Numbered from the stretch's first letter, positions 1 to 10,630 are shown. The stretch is DNA of 64,000 bases from an uncultured Gammaproteobacteria bacterium (GCA_964402425.1 CAYOCD010000001.1:82934-146933); one strand, 5' to 3'. Notes: a model not told the origin generated them from the letters alone. Made by a program: numbers and translations.

Positions 1-1733
1 CGAGCAAGTGTTGCACCTGTAGCTCCTGTCACCAAATCAGATGATGGAGAATCAGCGCGCTTGGTGAATGTAACATCACCAGCAGCGACTGTTTGTGCAG
101 TTGCGTTGCGAGCAGAGAATGTTGTGTTGTTTGCTTTAACCAAAATTGGTTGTTGGTAATCATATTCTGTGAAGATTGCATCAGCAGCGCTGCGCAAGCT
201 TACAGAAACAGTTCGTGTTGAACCACCAACAACGTCAGCAAGAACCTTGAATGTGTGTGAGTTTGTTGTCAATTTTACAGGTGCAGCAGAGAGGTCAAAT
301 GTGACGTATCCGTTTGCATCTTGTTTTGCAACAGCTGTTCCCTTTTGAACACCAGCTACATACAAACGCCAGTTTTTGATGTCGTCTGCATTAATAGATC
401 CGATGTTGCGGAAACGAATAGATTGAAGCCAAGCTCCGTTTGAGTTGTTTCCAACTGTAACGTTGTTCTCCCAAACCTTGAAATCATTTTCAGGAGATGG
501 AGCTGCGTCACCTGTTGGGTTTGTTGTTGAAGCAAAAGAAACAGTTCCGAATGAACTTGGAGCAGCTGCCACTGTGTGTGTAGCGCTCATAAGTGGGAAT
601 GTTCCTGCTGCAGCAAATGCGCCTACAAATCCGACGTCAGCTGCAGAAGCGAGCTTAAGTCCAACGGTTTGTCCAGCTGCATCTGCAACATCTGTGCGAA
701 CGTTCACTGTCACAGTTCCACCAGCTGGAATTGTGAAGAGACCTGCTGCATCATTCCAAGCAATTGTTCCGCTTGAAACAGATGCAGAGTCAGACAAACG
801 AACATATCCGTTAAAAAGATATACGTTTGAAAGAGTGCTGTCAGATGATACTCCTGTACGTGCAAGCTTAACGCTCTTTACGGAAACAGGAGATGAAGTT
901 GGGTTTGTAAAATCAAGAGCCATCAAGTTTGCTACAGCTTGTCCAGCGATCACTGTTGATGCAGCTGGTGAGCTTGCAGAAAGGGCAACAGATACATTCT
1001 GTGAAACAGTGTATGTAGGTGTTGTTACTTTTTGTGCAGCGTCTGTGAGGTTTGCCATAGCTGCTGTAACGTCAGCACCAGCTGTGAGTCCAGACTTTGT
1101 GAAGCCTGTTCCTGCAAGAACGAATCCTGCATTGTAGCCGTTAGCTGCGAATCCAGCGTCTGTGACTTTTTGATACTTTGTTCCTGCAACAAGGTATTTA
1201 CCTGAAGCGTCTGACCAGAGCATTCCGTCATATCCGGATGCTGCTGTTGTCAAAGAATCTCCAACAGTGTAGTCGGTGAAGAATACATCTGGAACGTCAT
1301 CGATGTGAGCGTTCCAATTGTCTCCGCCGAGTCCTTTAGCTGTTGCTTCGTTTTCAACCCAGCGAACTTTTCCTGAAGTTGAAACAACGTAAACTTTTTT
1401 ATCACTTGTGATTTTGATCCAACGTGCACCTGGGCGGTAAACGATGTTTCCTGCAAGAGTGATGCTTGCGAGTTCTGAATCAGAGATTGTCTTCACGGTG
1501 GAGAAATCTTTGTACCAGCTAAAATAAGTCTTTTCGTTTGGAAACGCGTAGCGTTGTCCGTTTGAACCGTAGTAGTAAACAGTAGAGAGAGAAGTTCCCT
1601 TGATCAAATCACCAAATGAAGCAGCAGAAGCTGTTGTTGGCAAAAAGGCTGAGAGACCAACAGACCAAAGAATGGTTGTAGCCGCAACAGCAACAGAGAA
1701 TGCTTTCTTTACCAATGTTGTAGAATTGGTCAT
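1..1733 (-). CDS. Large secreted S-layer-like surface protein (3' end runs off the window)
   Basis: Read by hand; absent from the ORF track because there is no stop in the window. ATG at 1733 gives MTNSTTLVKKAFSVAVAATTILWSVGLSAFLPTTASAASFGDLIKG...VYYYGSNGQRYAFPNEKTYFSWY, a signal peptide followed by Ala/Thr/Ser/Val-rich beta sequence. Confidence 0.75.
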   Translation of the reverse strand, partial: MTNSTTLVKKAFSVAVAATTILWSVGLSAFLPTTASAASFGDLIKGTSLSTVYYYGSNGQRYAFPNEKTYFSWYKDFSTVKTISDSELASITLAGNIVYRPGARWIKITSDKKVYVVSTSGKVRWVENEATAKGLGGDNWNAHIDDVPDVFFTDYTVGDSLTTAASGYDGMLWSDASGKYLVAGTKYQKVTDAGFAANGYNAGFVLAGTGFTKSGLTAGADVTAAMANLTDAAQKVTTPTYTVSQNVSVALSASSPAASTVIAGQAVANLMALDFTNPTSSPVSVKSVKLARTGVSSDSTLSNVYLFNGYVRLSDSASVSSGTIAWNDAAGLFTIPAGGTVTVNVRTDVADAAGQTVGLKLASAADVGFVGAFAAAGTFPLMSATHTVAAAPSSFGTVSFASTTNPTGDAAPSPENDFKVWENNVTVGNNSNGAWLQSIRFRNIGSINADDIKNWRLYVAGVQKGTAVAKQDANGYVTFDLSAAPVKLTTNSHTFKVLADVVGGSTRTVSVSLRSAADAIFTEYDYQQPILVKANNTTFSARNATAQTVAAGDVTFTKRADSPSSDLVTGATGATLA

Positions 1734-1917
1734 AATAAGTTTTCTGTCGAAATTTTCCCGTTATACGGGAGATTAGAATTAACGATGCACTGCGAGTCTT
1801 GCGACTCTCGACTTTTCAGCGAGGCATCAAATAGACACATTACGACCCGCCAACACCTAAAATAGTGTTTGGCGAGCGAATTCGATCGTCTTCCATTAAA
1901 GAAGACAACCGTGTTCG

Positions 1918-2811
1918 TTACTCTGCAATCACGTGAGCGAATTCAATTTCTTTTAGGAGCTGAAATGCTCGGCGGTAAATCCCTGCTTTTTGTAAAGCGG
2001 TGGCATTTACTAATTTTAACTGTTCTTCTTTTGTTGCAACCAAGCTTGCGTGTGCAAAAGCCTTTTGAAAGGCAAGATCTAGTTCATGTGTATTTTCTGC
2101 TGTTACCGCTTGTTCATGTGCGGTAATAATCACTTCAACAGCCTGTTCTTTTGTTTCAGTAATCATTGTCTTAACCTCATCTACTTGTGTTTGAACATCA
2201 AGTGGAAGAGTTGATGCGGAAGACGCTACTGTACTTGTGTAAACATCCGCCTTACGACCAACAGCTCGTGCGAGCTCTGTTGCCTGAGAGGAGGTTTCTG
2301 TTTTCAGATCAGACTTAATGTTTGCAACATTTTGCTTTACACGATCCACAGCCATGGCAATTTGTGAGATATCAGACTGTTTTCCAGATGCGGCAAGGGC
2401 AACCATTTCTTCTAGGCGTCTGCTGGTGAATTCCATACGAAGCTGAGCTTTTTGTGCATTAGATGTTGTGAGCATCATTTGAACACGTTCCATCCCAAGC
2501 TTTACCGGATACAACTGATCTCCAGGCAATGTTCCAAGAGAAGCGTTTGCAACTCCGAACCACCCACCAATAAAGAGAAAAACGGAAAAGGCTACCGCAC
2601 CAACAGGTTTTAACATGACATGTGTAAAATCCCAGATATAAAACTCCAACCAATCACGCCACGTGTGATTCATGCCGGAAATATCTTCTGGGAATCCACA
2701 ATCCTTTGCGATCCTCTTCCAGTTTTTTTCCGAATCAAAATCACGGCGAAAGATTGGATCATCTTTCACCTTTGCGAAAATTTGTTTTATGTCGTCGTCT
2801 TGGAATTTCAT
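1918..2811 (-). CDS. DUF5667-domain putative anti-sigma factor
   Basis: TM helix then 'SLGTLPGDQLYPVKLGMERVQ...RRLEEM' motif; ATGA overlap with the ECF sigma gene. Confidence 0.7.
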   Translation of the reverse strand: MKFQDDDIKQIFAKVKDDPIFRRDFDSEKNWKRIAKDCGFPEDISGMNHTWRDWLEFYIWDFTHVMLKPVGAVAFSVFLFIGGWFGVANASLGTLPGDQLYPVKLGMERVQMMLTTSNAQKAQLRMEFTSRRLEEMVALAASGKQSDISQIAMAVDRVKQNVANIKSDLKTETSSQATELARAVGRKADVYTSTVASSASTLPLDVQTQVDEVKTMITETKEQAVEVIITAHEQAVTAENTHELDLAFQKAFAHASLVATKEEQLKLVNATALQKAGIYRRAFQLLKEIEFAHVIAE

Positions 2812-3365
2812 ATACTTCCGAATTTATCCTTTGCTATTTTACGAAGTTTATTGACTGATCTATGTACCATGACCGTGGTTGCATTTTCTGACTTGCCAAT
2901 TGTCTCTGCGATCTCTTTCATGCTTAATTCATCATGATAACGAAGGAGAATGACCTGAGCTTCATCTGCATCCAGTTCTTCAATAACAGATTTAAGAAAA
3001 TTTGCGTCTATCTTATTAATGGTCTCTTTTTCAAATTTGGTTGAGCTATAGCCTTCCATGAAGGTTTCATCAAACACAGCTTCCGAGACACGCCGACCCT
3101 TTGTTCGATAAAATTCAGCAATGACGGATCTTGCGATTGTATAGGCAACCGCTGGAAAAGATTCGATTTTTGTTTGAGTTGTATACCCCCACAAACGAAG
3201 TGCTGTTTCAGAATAAGCGTCTTCCGCATCTTGCACACGAGGAAGCTTGGCTTTCAAAAGCCCCTTAATTCTTGGGGAGACTTCGTTCAGCATCTTTTCA
3301 AAGGATTTGTGATCCTGAAAGGTCCGAACACGAAAGAGGTGAAATTGTTCAGCTGTTTTGTGCAC
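2808..3365 (-). CDS. ECF (sigma-70 family) RNA polymerase sigma factor
   Basis: Region 2 'DAEDAYSE...YTIARS' and region 4 'VILLRYHDELSMKEIAETIGKSENATTVMVHR'. Confidence 0.85.
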   Translation of the reverse strand: MHKTAEQFHLFRVRTFQDHKSFEKMLNEVSPRIKGLLKAKLPRVQDAEDAYSETALRLWGYTTQTKIESFPAVAYTIARSVIAEFYRTKGRRVSEAVFDETFMEGYSSTKFEKETINKIDANFLKSVIEELDADEAQVILLRYHDELSMKEIAETIGKSENATTVMVHRSVNKLRKIAKDKFGSI

Positions 3366-3451
3366 ACGTAAAGATGCCTTTTAAATATTTACATTACAAT
3401 TACCAAACGATACGCTCAATTTAGCAAAAAATCAATGGTTCGTTCCCTATT

Positions 3452-3480
3452 TTGACTTTTTGGTCATATTTGGCTACACT
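3452..3480 (+). promoter_or_regulatory. Sigma-70-type promoter
   Basis: TTGACT-17bp-TACACT upstream of the 3569 gene. Confidence 0.55.
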
Positions 3481-3568
3481 GGTGTGGACAATAAGGTTAT
3501 TCACAAGGATAAAGAAAGAAATAAGCTAAGGCAGATGCCTCTTCTTTCCCTCACCCCTTCTTTTCCCT

Positions 3569-3847
3569 ATGCAACCCATCATCCGCCTCTCTGTTTCAGA
3601 AGCTTCCAAACTATTTGGAGTAAGCCAAAGAACTATTCGTCGTGCAATTGCATCTCAAGCTGTAACATATGTTGTGGTTCAAGGACGATACAAAATCAAT
3701 TTTGAATCCATTCTTAGATGGTCACAGCACACAACAACGGTTCGCAATAAAAGAGATAAACAAGGAATCGGACAATATGTTGATCAGTGGAAAGTAAAAA
3801 ACAAGCTATTTTCTCCAAATCCAAGTGCTGTTCAACATGATGTATGA
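3569..3847 (+). CDS. Small helix-turn-helix (excisionase/HTH_17-like) DNA-binding protein
   Basis: 'LSVSEASKLFGVSQRTIRRAI...GRYKI' pattern. Confidence 0.7.
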   Translation: MQPIIRLSVSEASKLFGVSQRTIRRAIASQAVTYVVVQGRYKINFESILRWSQHTTTVRNKRDKQGIGQYVDQWKVKNKLFSPNPSAVQHDV

Positions 3848-5868
3848 AACGCGCACTTGTCCTGCTTCTCATTCTTACATTTACCTGCGGCGTCTTTCTG
3901 AAGACGTCTAGTGCTTTTAATCAGCCTAATACCTTTGTTCGCACAGCGAACTATTTTTTGTTATCGGGAACAGAACTAGAAAAACCAGAGACCATTCAAG
4001 CGCTTGCACAATTTAATCTCATTGTGATTCCGCTTGAAGCACAGGTCTACAATAAAAACTTCTTTAAAACGATAAGAAGTCTCAACAAGAATATCATTAT
4101 ATTGGCATATGTTCCAACCGTAAGTTGGAACGATTTATATTGGACGGATCCGTTACATCAAGCACAATATCCTGATATTCAATCAAACTGGTGGCTGCGG
4201 GACGCAAACGGGAACCAAGTTTCCGTTTGGCCAAACACACGCGCACTTAACCTCAATACTGGATGGTCCAATTACCTAGCTCATTATGTGAAAGACATGG
4301 TCTTATCGACCGGGCTCTGGGATGGAATTTTTTATGATGAAGTTCAAGATTCCATTTCCTGGGTTGGTACTACGGATGTTGATCAAAATGGACTCAATGA
4401 TTCCGCCCAAACAGCCGATCAACTCTGGGCAAAAAAATACACAGAACTTTTTGCACAAACACGTGCACTTATTGGACAAGACGCTATCATGATTACAAAC
4501 GGAAGTTCAAACCCTGCGTTTGCGCCATACGTAAATGGCCGCATGTTTGAAACATTCCCTTCTTCCACAAACAACCTTACGGAATGGAAAAAAGCAACAC
4601 AAGATTATCTTTCACAAGCAAAACGTGTCGGATATCAAAATGTAGATATCATAAACGTTAACTCTGAAAACACAGGCATAAAAAATGATTACCAAAAAGT
4701 TCGATTCGGCATTACCACAACCCTGCTTGGAAATGGGTATTTTGGATTCGATTTTGGAACACAAAGCCACAACCAACTTTGGACCTACGATGAATTCCCT
4801 ATTGCCCTCGGTGCCCCAAAAACATCCCTGATGAATGTTTTTGATTCTGCAAAAACGGCAATCGATCAAGGGGTTTGGCAACGAGACTTTGAACGTGGAC
4901 GCGTTGTTGTAAATGCGACGGCAAACACCATAACCATTCCGCTTAACGCGGATTTTGAAAAAATTCACGGAACACAAGACCCTTCCACAAATGACGGATC
5001 AGTCGTTTCAGAAATCACACTTGCGGCCCGCGACGGCATTATTTTATTGCGTCCTATCGATAAAATCATCAACGCTCCTTTTCGCAACGGAGCATTTGCC
5101 CGCATATTCGACACAAACGGAAAAACAACACGCACAGGGTTTTTTGCCTACGATCATCAATTCAAAGGAGGAATTCAAATCGAACACATTGACTGGAATC
5201 ACGATGGAAGATTAGACACAATCGTCGCAGATCAATCAACCGTTCGATTATATGATGCAGACGGTACCCTCTTCTCCACATTCACTCCTTATGGCGATAC
5301 ATACAAAAACGGCGTAAACATCGCCGTAGCACCACTCGAAAAAAACGGTGATTATAAAATCATCACAGGAACACTTCACGAAAAAGCGATTGTGAAAATC
5401 TTCGATCTCACGGGTCGTGTTGTTCATGATGGATTCTATGCGTATGACAAAAACTTCCAAGGAGGCGTAAATATCGCTGTCGCAGATCTAAACGGTGATG
5501 GATCAAAACAAATCATTACATCGGCGGCAGCAAACGGCGGTGCGCATATTCGTATCTTTAACAAAGACGGGAAACTCCTTTCTCCAGGTTTTTTTGCCTA
5601 CGATAAAAAATTCCGTGGGGGTGCATATGTTGCGACCGGAGATGTTGATGGAGACAAAAAAGACGATATTGTCACAGGAATGGGTATCGGGGGCACTCCG
5701 GAAATCCGGATCTTTGATAAATCAGGAAAACTCAAAAAAACATTCCTTGCTTCTCAATCATCAAAAAAAACTGGAATAAAAATTGCCGTAACAGACCTTG
5801 ATGGAAACAATAGAGCGGAAATTATTGCTCTCACAACAGACGTATTTACCTTGAGTGTGTTTAAATAA
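3844..5868 (+). CDS. Secreted putative glycoside hydrolase (TIM barrel) with C-terminal FG-GAP-like repeats
   Basis: Signal peptide; 'WDGIFYD' and 'NGRMFE' motifs; repeated 'F.GG..IAVADLNGDG' units. Confidence 0.65.
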   Translation: MKRALVLLLILTFTCGVFLKTSSAFNQPNTFVRTANYFLLSGTELEKPETIQALAQFNLIVIPLEAQVYNKNFFKTIRSLNKNIIILAYVPTVSWNDLYWTDPLHQAQYPDIQSNWWLRDANGNQVSVWPNTRALNLNTGWSNYLAHYVKDMVLSTGLWDGIFYDEVQDSISWVGTTDVDQNGLNDSAQTADQLWAKKYTELFAQTRALIGQDAIMITNGSSNPAFAPYVNGRMFETFPSSTNNLTEWKKATQDYLSQAKRVGYQNVDIINVNSENTGIKNDYQKVRFGITTTLLGNGYFGFDFGTQSHNQLWTYDEFPIALGAPKTSLMNVFDSAKTAIDQGVWQRDFERGRVVVNATANTITIPLNADFEKIHGTQDPSTNDGSVVSEITLAARDGIILLRPIDKIINAPFRNGAFARIFDTNGKTTRTGFFAYDHQFKGGIQIEHIDWNHDGRLDTIVADQSTVRLYDADGTLFSTFTPYGDTYKNGVNIAVAPLEKNGDYKIITGTLHEKAIVKIFDLTGRVVHDGFYAYDKNFQGGVNIAVADLNGDGSKQIITSAAANGGAHIRIFNKDGKLLSPGFFAYDKKFRGGAYVATGDVDGDKKDDIVTGMGIGGTPEIRIFDKSGKLKKTFLASQSSKKTGIKIAVTDLDGNNRAEIIALTTDVFTLSVFK

Positions 5869-5874
5869 ATTTGT

Positions 5875-7704
5875 ATGACCGTTGAACCAAAAAAAAATCA
5901 CTCACTTAAGGGTGAACCGCTTAAAACACCACACTCCTTGTTTGGGCACATGGTGTATCTTTCGATTCATCCGGGTCGATTATTTCTTCTTCCCTTCAAG
6001 CATTGGTTTGAAAAACATTATTCCGGAAAATACAAATTTGATCGAGCGGTTTATTCATTCGACCTTGCATTAATTGGTTCTGTCATTGCCTTATTCTTGA
6101 TCGCCCTTTTTCTCATTCTTGTTCCACCAAAACAATTTCGTGATGATATTTCATTTCGTGCAACCGTTGCTCCTCACGAAATCGTCTCCGGCGCATCCTC
6201 TACACTCGTTCTCACCTATCAAAACAACACAAGCGAGCCATTGCGCAACCCAAAACTCACCCTCTCATTTCCAAAACATTTTCTCTTACAATCCGTTTCC
6301 TCAAACGAAACGAACGTAGATACACAAAATATTCCGCTTCATGATATTCCCATTGACGGAACAGGGACAATTCATATTCGAGGAGTGATGTTTGGAGATG
6401 TGGGTGGAGAACAAACGTTTGGAAGCACTCTTGTCTTTACGCACGGAAAAGAAACAGATGTTATAGATCAAAAAACAGCCTATTATACTTTTTCCCCGAA
6501 ACGTTCCACACTCTCCCTTGATCTCAATCTTCCAAAACAAATTATCTCATCACAAACAATGTCAGGAACAATCACCTATAAAAACACAGGCCTCATTGAT
6601 TACCGAAAGATTCAAATAAAACCAGAATGGCCCGACGGATTCACCTTTAAAGACGCATCAGCACAAATGCAAGACGGAGCGTTCATTGTATCCAACATAA
6701 AAGCAGGCTCAAGCGGTAGTATTCATTTCACAGGAAAACTTGATGATATTCCAAACAATCTCTCGTTTCGCTTCCATCCATCATTTGCTTTTGAAACAGC
6801 CCAATATAAACAAGAAACTCTCGTAAGAGACGCGCCAATTCTTCCTGCACAAATTCAACTCAAACATTTTTTTGAAACAAATGTTCTTACCCCAGGAACA
6901 GAGGCAACCCTTCACGTCACCTACAAACACATTGGAAAAGAAATTCTACGCAATGTTGAAATAATATTTACTTCACGCGATCCATTTATCACCAATCAAA
7001 CACTCCGAGTTTTAGATGTCGACACATTAAACCCCGGAGATGAGAAAGATCTTGTCTTTCAAGTTCCTATTCGAGATTCTGTTGCAACAAATCTTCTCAC
7101 ATCCTATGAAAATCTTCGCGTGCGAACAAACACGATCGCACACTATTCACTTGATCAATTGCCAAATGAACAACTTTCTACCTCAAGCGACGAACTCCAA
7201 ACTCCTCTTACAACCCCACTCAACATAGAATCTTTCGCACGATACACAAGTCCCGGAGGTGATCAAATTGGTCGAGGACCTCTTCCTCCACGCGTGCAAC
7301 AAAAAACAAGCTATTGGATTTTCTGGAATGTGGACGGAACAACAAACCCACTTCAAAACACAATCATTGAGGGCACCCTTCCATCAAACGTCTCTTTTTC
7401 AGGAAACACAACCGCATCTGAAGATGAAGGAGTAACGTTTGATCCTCTAACCAGGAAAATCACTTGGGATCTTGCCCAAGTCCCACCTACACTGAATCCC
7501 GAAAGCAAAGTCTATAGTGTTGCTTTTGAGGTCATTCTCATACCAACAACAGCGCAAATCGGTTCCAGTGCTCCACTCCTGCAAAAGACGTCTTTTACAG
7601 GACAAGATGCGGTAACAGGCGTTACGCGCACCATCTCAAAACCAGACATCACCACAAATCTTCCAAGCGACACAATGGCTAAAAATAAAGCTATTGTCAG
7701 ATAG
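5875..7704 (+). CDS. Membrane-anchored Ig-like/DUF11-type protein
   Basis: N-terminal TM helix, beta-rich repeats, C-terminal 'GRGPLPPRV..KTSYWIFW'. Confidence 0.6.
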   Translation: MTVEPKKNHSLKGEPLKTPHSLFGHMVYLSIHPGRLFLLPFKHWFEKHYSGKYKFDRAVYSFDLALIGSVIALFLIALFLILVPPKQFRDDISFRATVAPHEIVSGASSTLVLTYQNNTSEPLRNPKLTLSFPKHFLLQSVSSNETNVDTQNIPLHDIPIDGTGTIHIRGVMFGDVGGEQTFGSTLVFTHGKETDVIDQKTAYYTFSPKRSTLSLDLNLPKQIISSQTMSGTITYKNTGLIDYRKIQIKPEWPDGFTFKDASAQMQDGAFIVSNIKAGSSGSIHFTGKLDDIPNNLSFRFHPSFAFETAQYKQETLVRDAPILPAQIQLKHFFETNVLTPGTEATLHVTYKHIGKEILRNVEIIFTSRDPFITNQTLRVLDVDTLNPGDEKDLVFQVPIRDSVATNLLTSYENLRVRTNTIAHYSLDQLPNEQLSTSSDELQTPLTTPLNIESFARYTSPGGDQIGRGPLPPRVQQKTSYWIFWNVDGTTNPLQNTIIEGTLPSNVSFSGNTTASEDEGVTFDPLTRKITWDLAQVPPTLNPESKVYSVAFEVILIPTTAQIGSSAPLLQKTSFTGQDAVTGVTRTISKPDITTNLPSDTMAKNKAIVR

Positions 7705-7713
7705 AAAAAACGT

Positions 7714-7741
7714 AAAAAACGCCCAATTTTGGGCGTTTTTT
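7714..7741 (+). terminator. Intrinsic terminator
   Basis: aaaaacgccc-aatttt-gggcgttttt hairpin. Confidence 0.6.
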
Positions 7742-7752
7742 ACGTTTAACCA

Positions 7753-7781
7753 TTGACAAAAACCTCATTTTCTGGTATCCT
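7753..7781 (+). promoter_or_regulatory. Sigma-70-type promoter
   Basis: TTGACA-17bp-TATCCT. Confidence 0.65.
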
Positions 7782-7813
7782 CCGGCGTTAAAACATGTTA
7801 AAAAACTGGGGAT

Positions 7814-8968
7814 ATGAAGATTGCCATGATTGGACAAAAAGGCATTCCAGCCAAAGCTGGAGGCATTGAGCGCCACGTAGAAGAACTCTCTGTGGAGCTT
7901 GCGCGTCGGGGACATGAAGTCCATGCATTTTGTCGTTCCTGGTATGCATGGCCAATCCAAGATTATCGTGGTGTGCATTGCATAAAAGCACCGACAATTG
8001 CCACAAAACACCTTGATGCGATCGTTCATACGTTTACATCAATTATTTTGGCCGTTCGACAAAATGCAGATATTATTCATATCCACGGGGTTGGCCCTGC
8101 CCTTTTAGCGTGGCTTCCAAAACTCCTTCGACCAAAAACAAAGGTGATTGTCACGTTTCACTGTATTGATCGTCATCACCAAAAATGGAATTGGTTTGCA
8201 CGTTTTATGCTCGCAATCGGAGAACGCTTTGCGTGTTTTGCTCCAGATGCGACCATCGCCGTTTCAAAAACCCTCGAGGCTTACTGCCGCATGAACTACA
8301 GCGTTAACACAAAATATATTCCAAACGGAACGCAAGTTCCAATCATCGAATCGGACAAGTCACATCTTGAAACATTCAAACTCGAGCCACAAAAATATCT
8401 CATGTTCTGTGCACGACTCGTGAAGCACAAAGGGGCGCACGTATTCGTTGAAGCTTGGAAAGAGGTAAAAAAACTTCGACCAGATCTCACACACGACATG
8501 AAAATTGCTATTGTGGGAGGAAGTGCATTTACAGATGATTATGTAAAATCACTTACAACTCTCTCAAAAGACGAACCTTCGATTATTCTCACAGGAACAC
8601 AAATTGGAGACACACTCCACACACTCTTCTCAAACAGTTATGCCGTTGTTCACCCTTCTGAATCAGAAGGACTCCCGATTGCTGTGCTTGAAGCGATGAG
8701 TTATGGAAAATGCGTGCTCTCATCTGACATTCCTGAAAATATGGAATTAACAAAAGACCACGGTCTCACCTTCCGTGTTGGGGATGTCCACGATCTCACA
8801 CAAAAAATCATCATGATGCTCGAAGCTCCGGAGCATGTAGCTGCCGTCGGAAAAGAAGCACGCTTGCATGTTGCAAAACATTACGACTGGAAAGACATTG
8901 CTGAGACAACAGAATATTTGTACGAACTTGTTTCCCTCGATCCATCCTTCGAAGAAGCAAAAGTATAA
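7814..8968 (+). CDS. Glycosyltransferase family 4
   Basis: 'GGIERHVEEL' and 'PSESEGLPIAVLEAMSYGK' motifs. Confidence 0.9.
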   Translation: MKIAMIGQKGIPAKAGGIERHVEELSVELARRGHEVHAFCRSWYAWPIQDYRGVHCIKAPTIATKHLDAIVHTFTSIILAVRQNADIIHIHGVGPALLAWLPKLLRPKTKVIVTFHCIDRHHQKWNWFARFMLAIGERFACFAPDATIAVSKTLEAYCRMNYSVNTKYIPNGTQVPIIESDKSHLETFKLEPQKYLMFCARLVKHKGAHVFVEAWKEVKKLRPDLTHDMKIAIVGGSAFTDDYVKSLTTLSKDEPSIILTGTQIGDTLHTLFSNSYAVVHPSESEGLPIAVLEAMSYGKCVLSSDIPENMELTKDHGLTFRVGDVHDLTQKIIMMLEAPEHVAAVGKEARLHVAKHYDWKDIAETTEYLYELVSLDPSFEEAKV

Positions 8969-8972
8969 AAAA

Positions 8973-9010
8973 TAACCCCCACCCGTAAGCGAAAGCACGG
9001 GTGGGGTTTT
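8973..9010. terminator. Bidirectional terminator
   Basis: ccccacccgt...acgggtgggg stem between convergent genes. Confidence 0.6.
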
Positions 9011-9059
9011 GATTTGCAACAAAAAAAACCGAATACAATGTATTCGGAAGTGTACTCAA

Positions 9060-9530
9060 TCAACAATCGATCGAGGTCTGCCAACGGATCTGATCCGCAG
9101 CACTGAATTCTGTATTCTTCTTGGTTTTACCAGTAACATCGCCACAGCAGTTTGCAAGCGCGAAACTCATTTCAAAATGTGCCTCAAGAACACGTCGTGC
9201 AACATCCGTTCCTTTGAGTCGCATCACCTGTGCCCCGAGCACGGAGTCCGGATCCACGTCAATCTTGAGACCACCGGAAGGCAACCACTCATGACGCAAG
9301 ACTGCGTGAGCGATTTCATGCCCGAACCCATGCATCTGCTCACGCACAAACGCACTCGCATTTTCGATCTTGCTGTTCCACGCCTCAACAAGCAGGTGCG
9401 AGAACTGATAGCCGTACGGCGTATCCGTCTTGATGGCCTCGAGGAGTGCCTCGCTCGCCTGTGCGTCCGTGGCCGTTTCTGGTGTCACACCAAGATTCTG
9501 CAGATTCGTAAGAGCGGAAGGAAACGACAT
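9060..9530 (-). CDS. Hypothetical orphan protein (SD-led)
   Basis: ORF; likely start MSFPSAL preceded by CAGGAG; ends in Cys. Confidence 0.55.
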   Translation of the reverse strand: MSFPSALTNLQNLGVTPETATDAQASEALLEAIKTDTPYGYQFSHLLVEAWNSKIENASAFVREQMHGFGHEIAHAVLRHEWLPSGGLKIDVDPDSVLGAQVMRLKGTDVARRVLEAHFEMSFALANCCGDVTGKTKKNTEFSAADQIRWQTSIDC

Positions 9531-9615
9531 GTCAAACTCCTGAAAGAACAAGCGCGAATCACCCTATGTGACCCGCGATCAAACAACATTCGTACATTGT
9601 CTCATCGCGAATCAC

Positions 9616-10554
9616 TTATGGATTCAGCATAAAGTCCGGATCAATTTGTTCACTCAAATTTTTCCCAGTTGCCGCATTTCCCCAACTTTCCGCATTCTTC
9701 AAATGAAATTCGCACGCTTGTACATAGAGCTTGTTCCAATTCTTTTTTTGTTGATCGAGGTAAGTGTGCACATGCTCGAGCACAGCTCTATTCTGTTCTT
9801 CGAGTTCCAGAATAGGAAGTGCTACACCGCGATCTTGTTGCTTTACAAAAGACGAGTGCGAGAAACTGGCGATCAATGCATCGCCGATAGATTGTCGCAA
9901 GAACATTTCATCCGATGCATCCAGGATCTTATTTCCAACGGCAACAATCTTTACATCAAATCCTTCTGCGTATTTTTTATACTGATGAAACACAGAAACG
10001 GATTTCTCTGTTGGTTCAACCACAATGCATGTGACGTCAAACTTTGTAAACAATCCGGATGCAAATACATCTGCTCCTGCTGTCATATCCACAAGCACAT
10101 ACTCATCTTCACGATCAATCAGATGATTCAAGACCAGTTCGACAGCGCCTGTTTTTGCATGAAAACATTTTGTTCCCAAATCTTCTTCTTGAAATCCTCC
10201 AACCGAAAGTAGTGAGATGTTTCCCATTATTTGCGCGCATGTATCCATGATGGGATTCCTGTTCGAAATACGAAGCAGGTTCGAGCCAGTTCCGGGCGGC
10301 GTTGTCTTGATCATGGATGCATTATCCGGAATCCGATGATTCTTCCCGCGCAAATACGTTTTGATGAGTGGTATTGAATCTGCAAGCGAAGATTTTTCTG
10401 GATTCGATGAACTACCGAGCGTTTGTGCGAGGTGTTGATTAATATCCGCATCGATCGCAAGCACGGCTCGATCTTGTGCAGATAAAAAACGTGCGAACAA
10501 TCCGCACACCGTTGTCTTTCCGCTTCCACCTTTTCCGACAAACGCGATCCGCAT
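9616..10554 (-). CDS. CooC/MinD-like P-loop ATPase
   Basis: Deviant Walker A GKGGSGKTT, 'IDAD', 'VDMTAG'; 'KCFH' at the position of the CooC CxC motif. Confidence 0.8.
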   Translation of the reverse strand: MRIAFVGKGGSGKTTVCGLFARFLSAQDRAVLAIDADINQHLAQTLGSSSNPEKSSLADSIPLIKTYLRGKNHRIPDNASMIKTTPPGTGSNLLRISNRNPIMDTCAQIMGNISLLSVGGFQEEDLGTKCFHAKTGAVELVLNHLIDREDEYVLVDMTAGADVFASGLFTKFDVTCIVVEPTEKSVSVFHQYKKYAEGFDVKIVAVGNKILDASDEMFLRQSIGDALIASFSHSSFVKQQDRGVALPILELEEQNRAVLEHVHTYLDQQKKNWNKLYVQACEFHLKNAESWGNAATGKNLSEQIDPDFMLNP

Positions 10555-10558
10555 AGAC

Positions 10559-10630
10559 AATGCAACTTACTTGCATTTACAAAGTACCGTACGCAAAAAC
10601 CTCTGTCAAGTACTTGCAATTTTGTTGCAT
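10559..10630. promoter_or_regulatory. Two TGCAA-N5-TTGCA operators and divergent promoters (probable Zur/Fur-family boxes)
   Basis: TGCAActtacTTGCA at 10561-10575 and TGCAAttttgTTGCA at 10615-10629; minus-strand TTGACA(10609)-17-TACTTT. Confidence 0.6.

Noticed and set aside
445-1137. 230-aa plus-strand ORF
   Set aside because: Antisense to the S-layer-like gene on the minus strand
3483-3505. Replication origin from DnaA-box-like pair (tgtggacaa / ttattcaca)
   Set aside because: Only two imperfect boxes, no dnaA/dnaN nearby; at most a regulatory site
3569-3847. Prophage or integrative element suggested by the excisionase-like HTH
   Set aside because: No integrase or phage genes; the gene is translationally coupled to envelope genes
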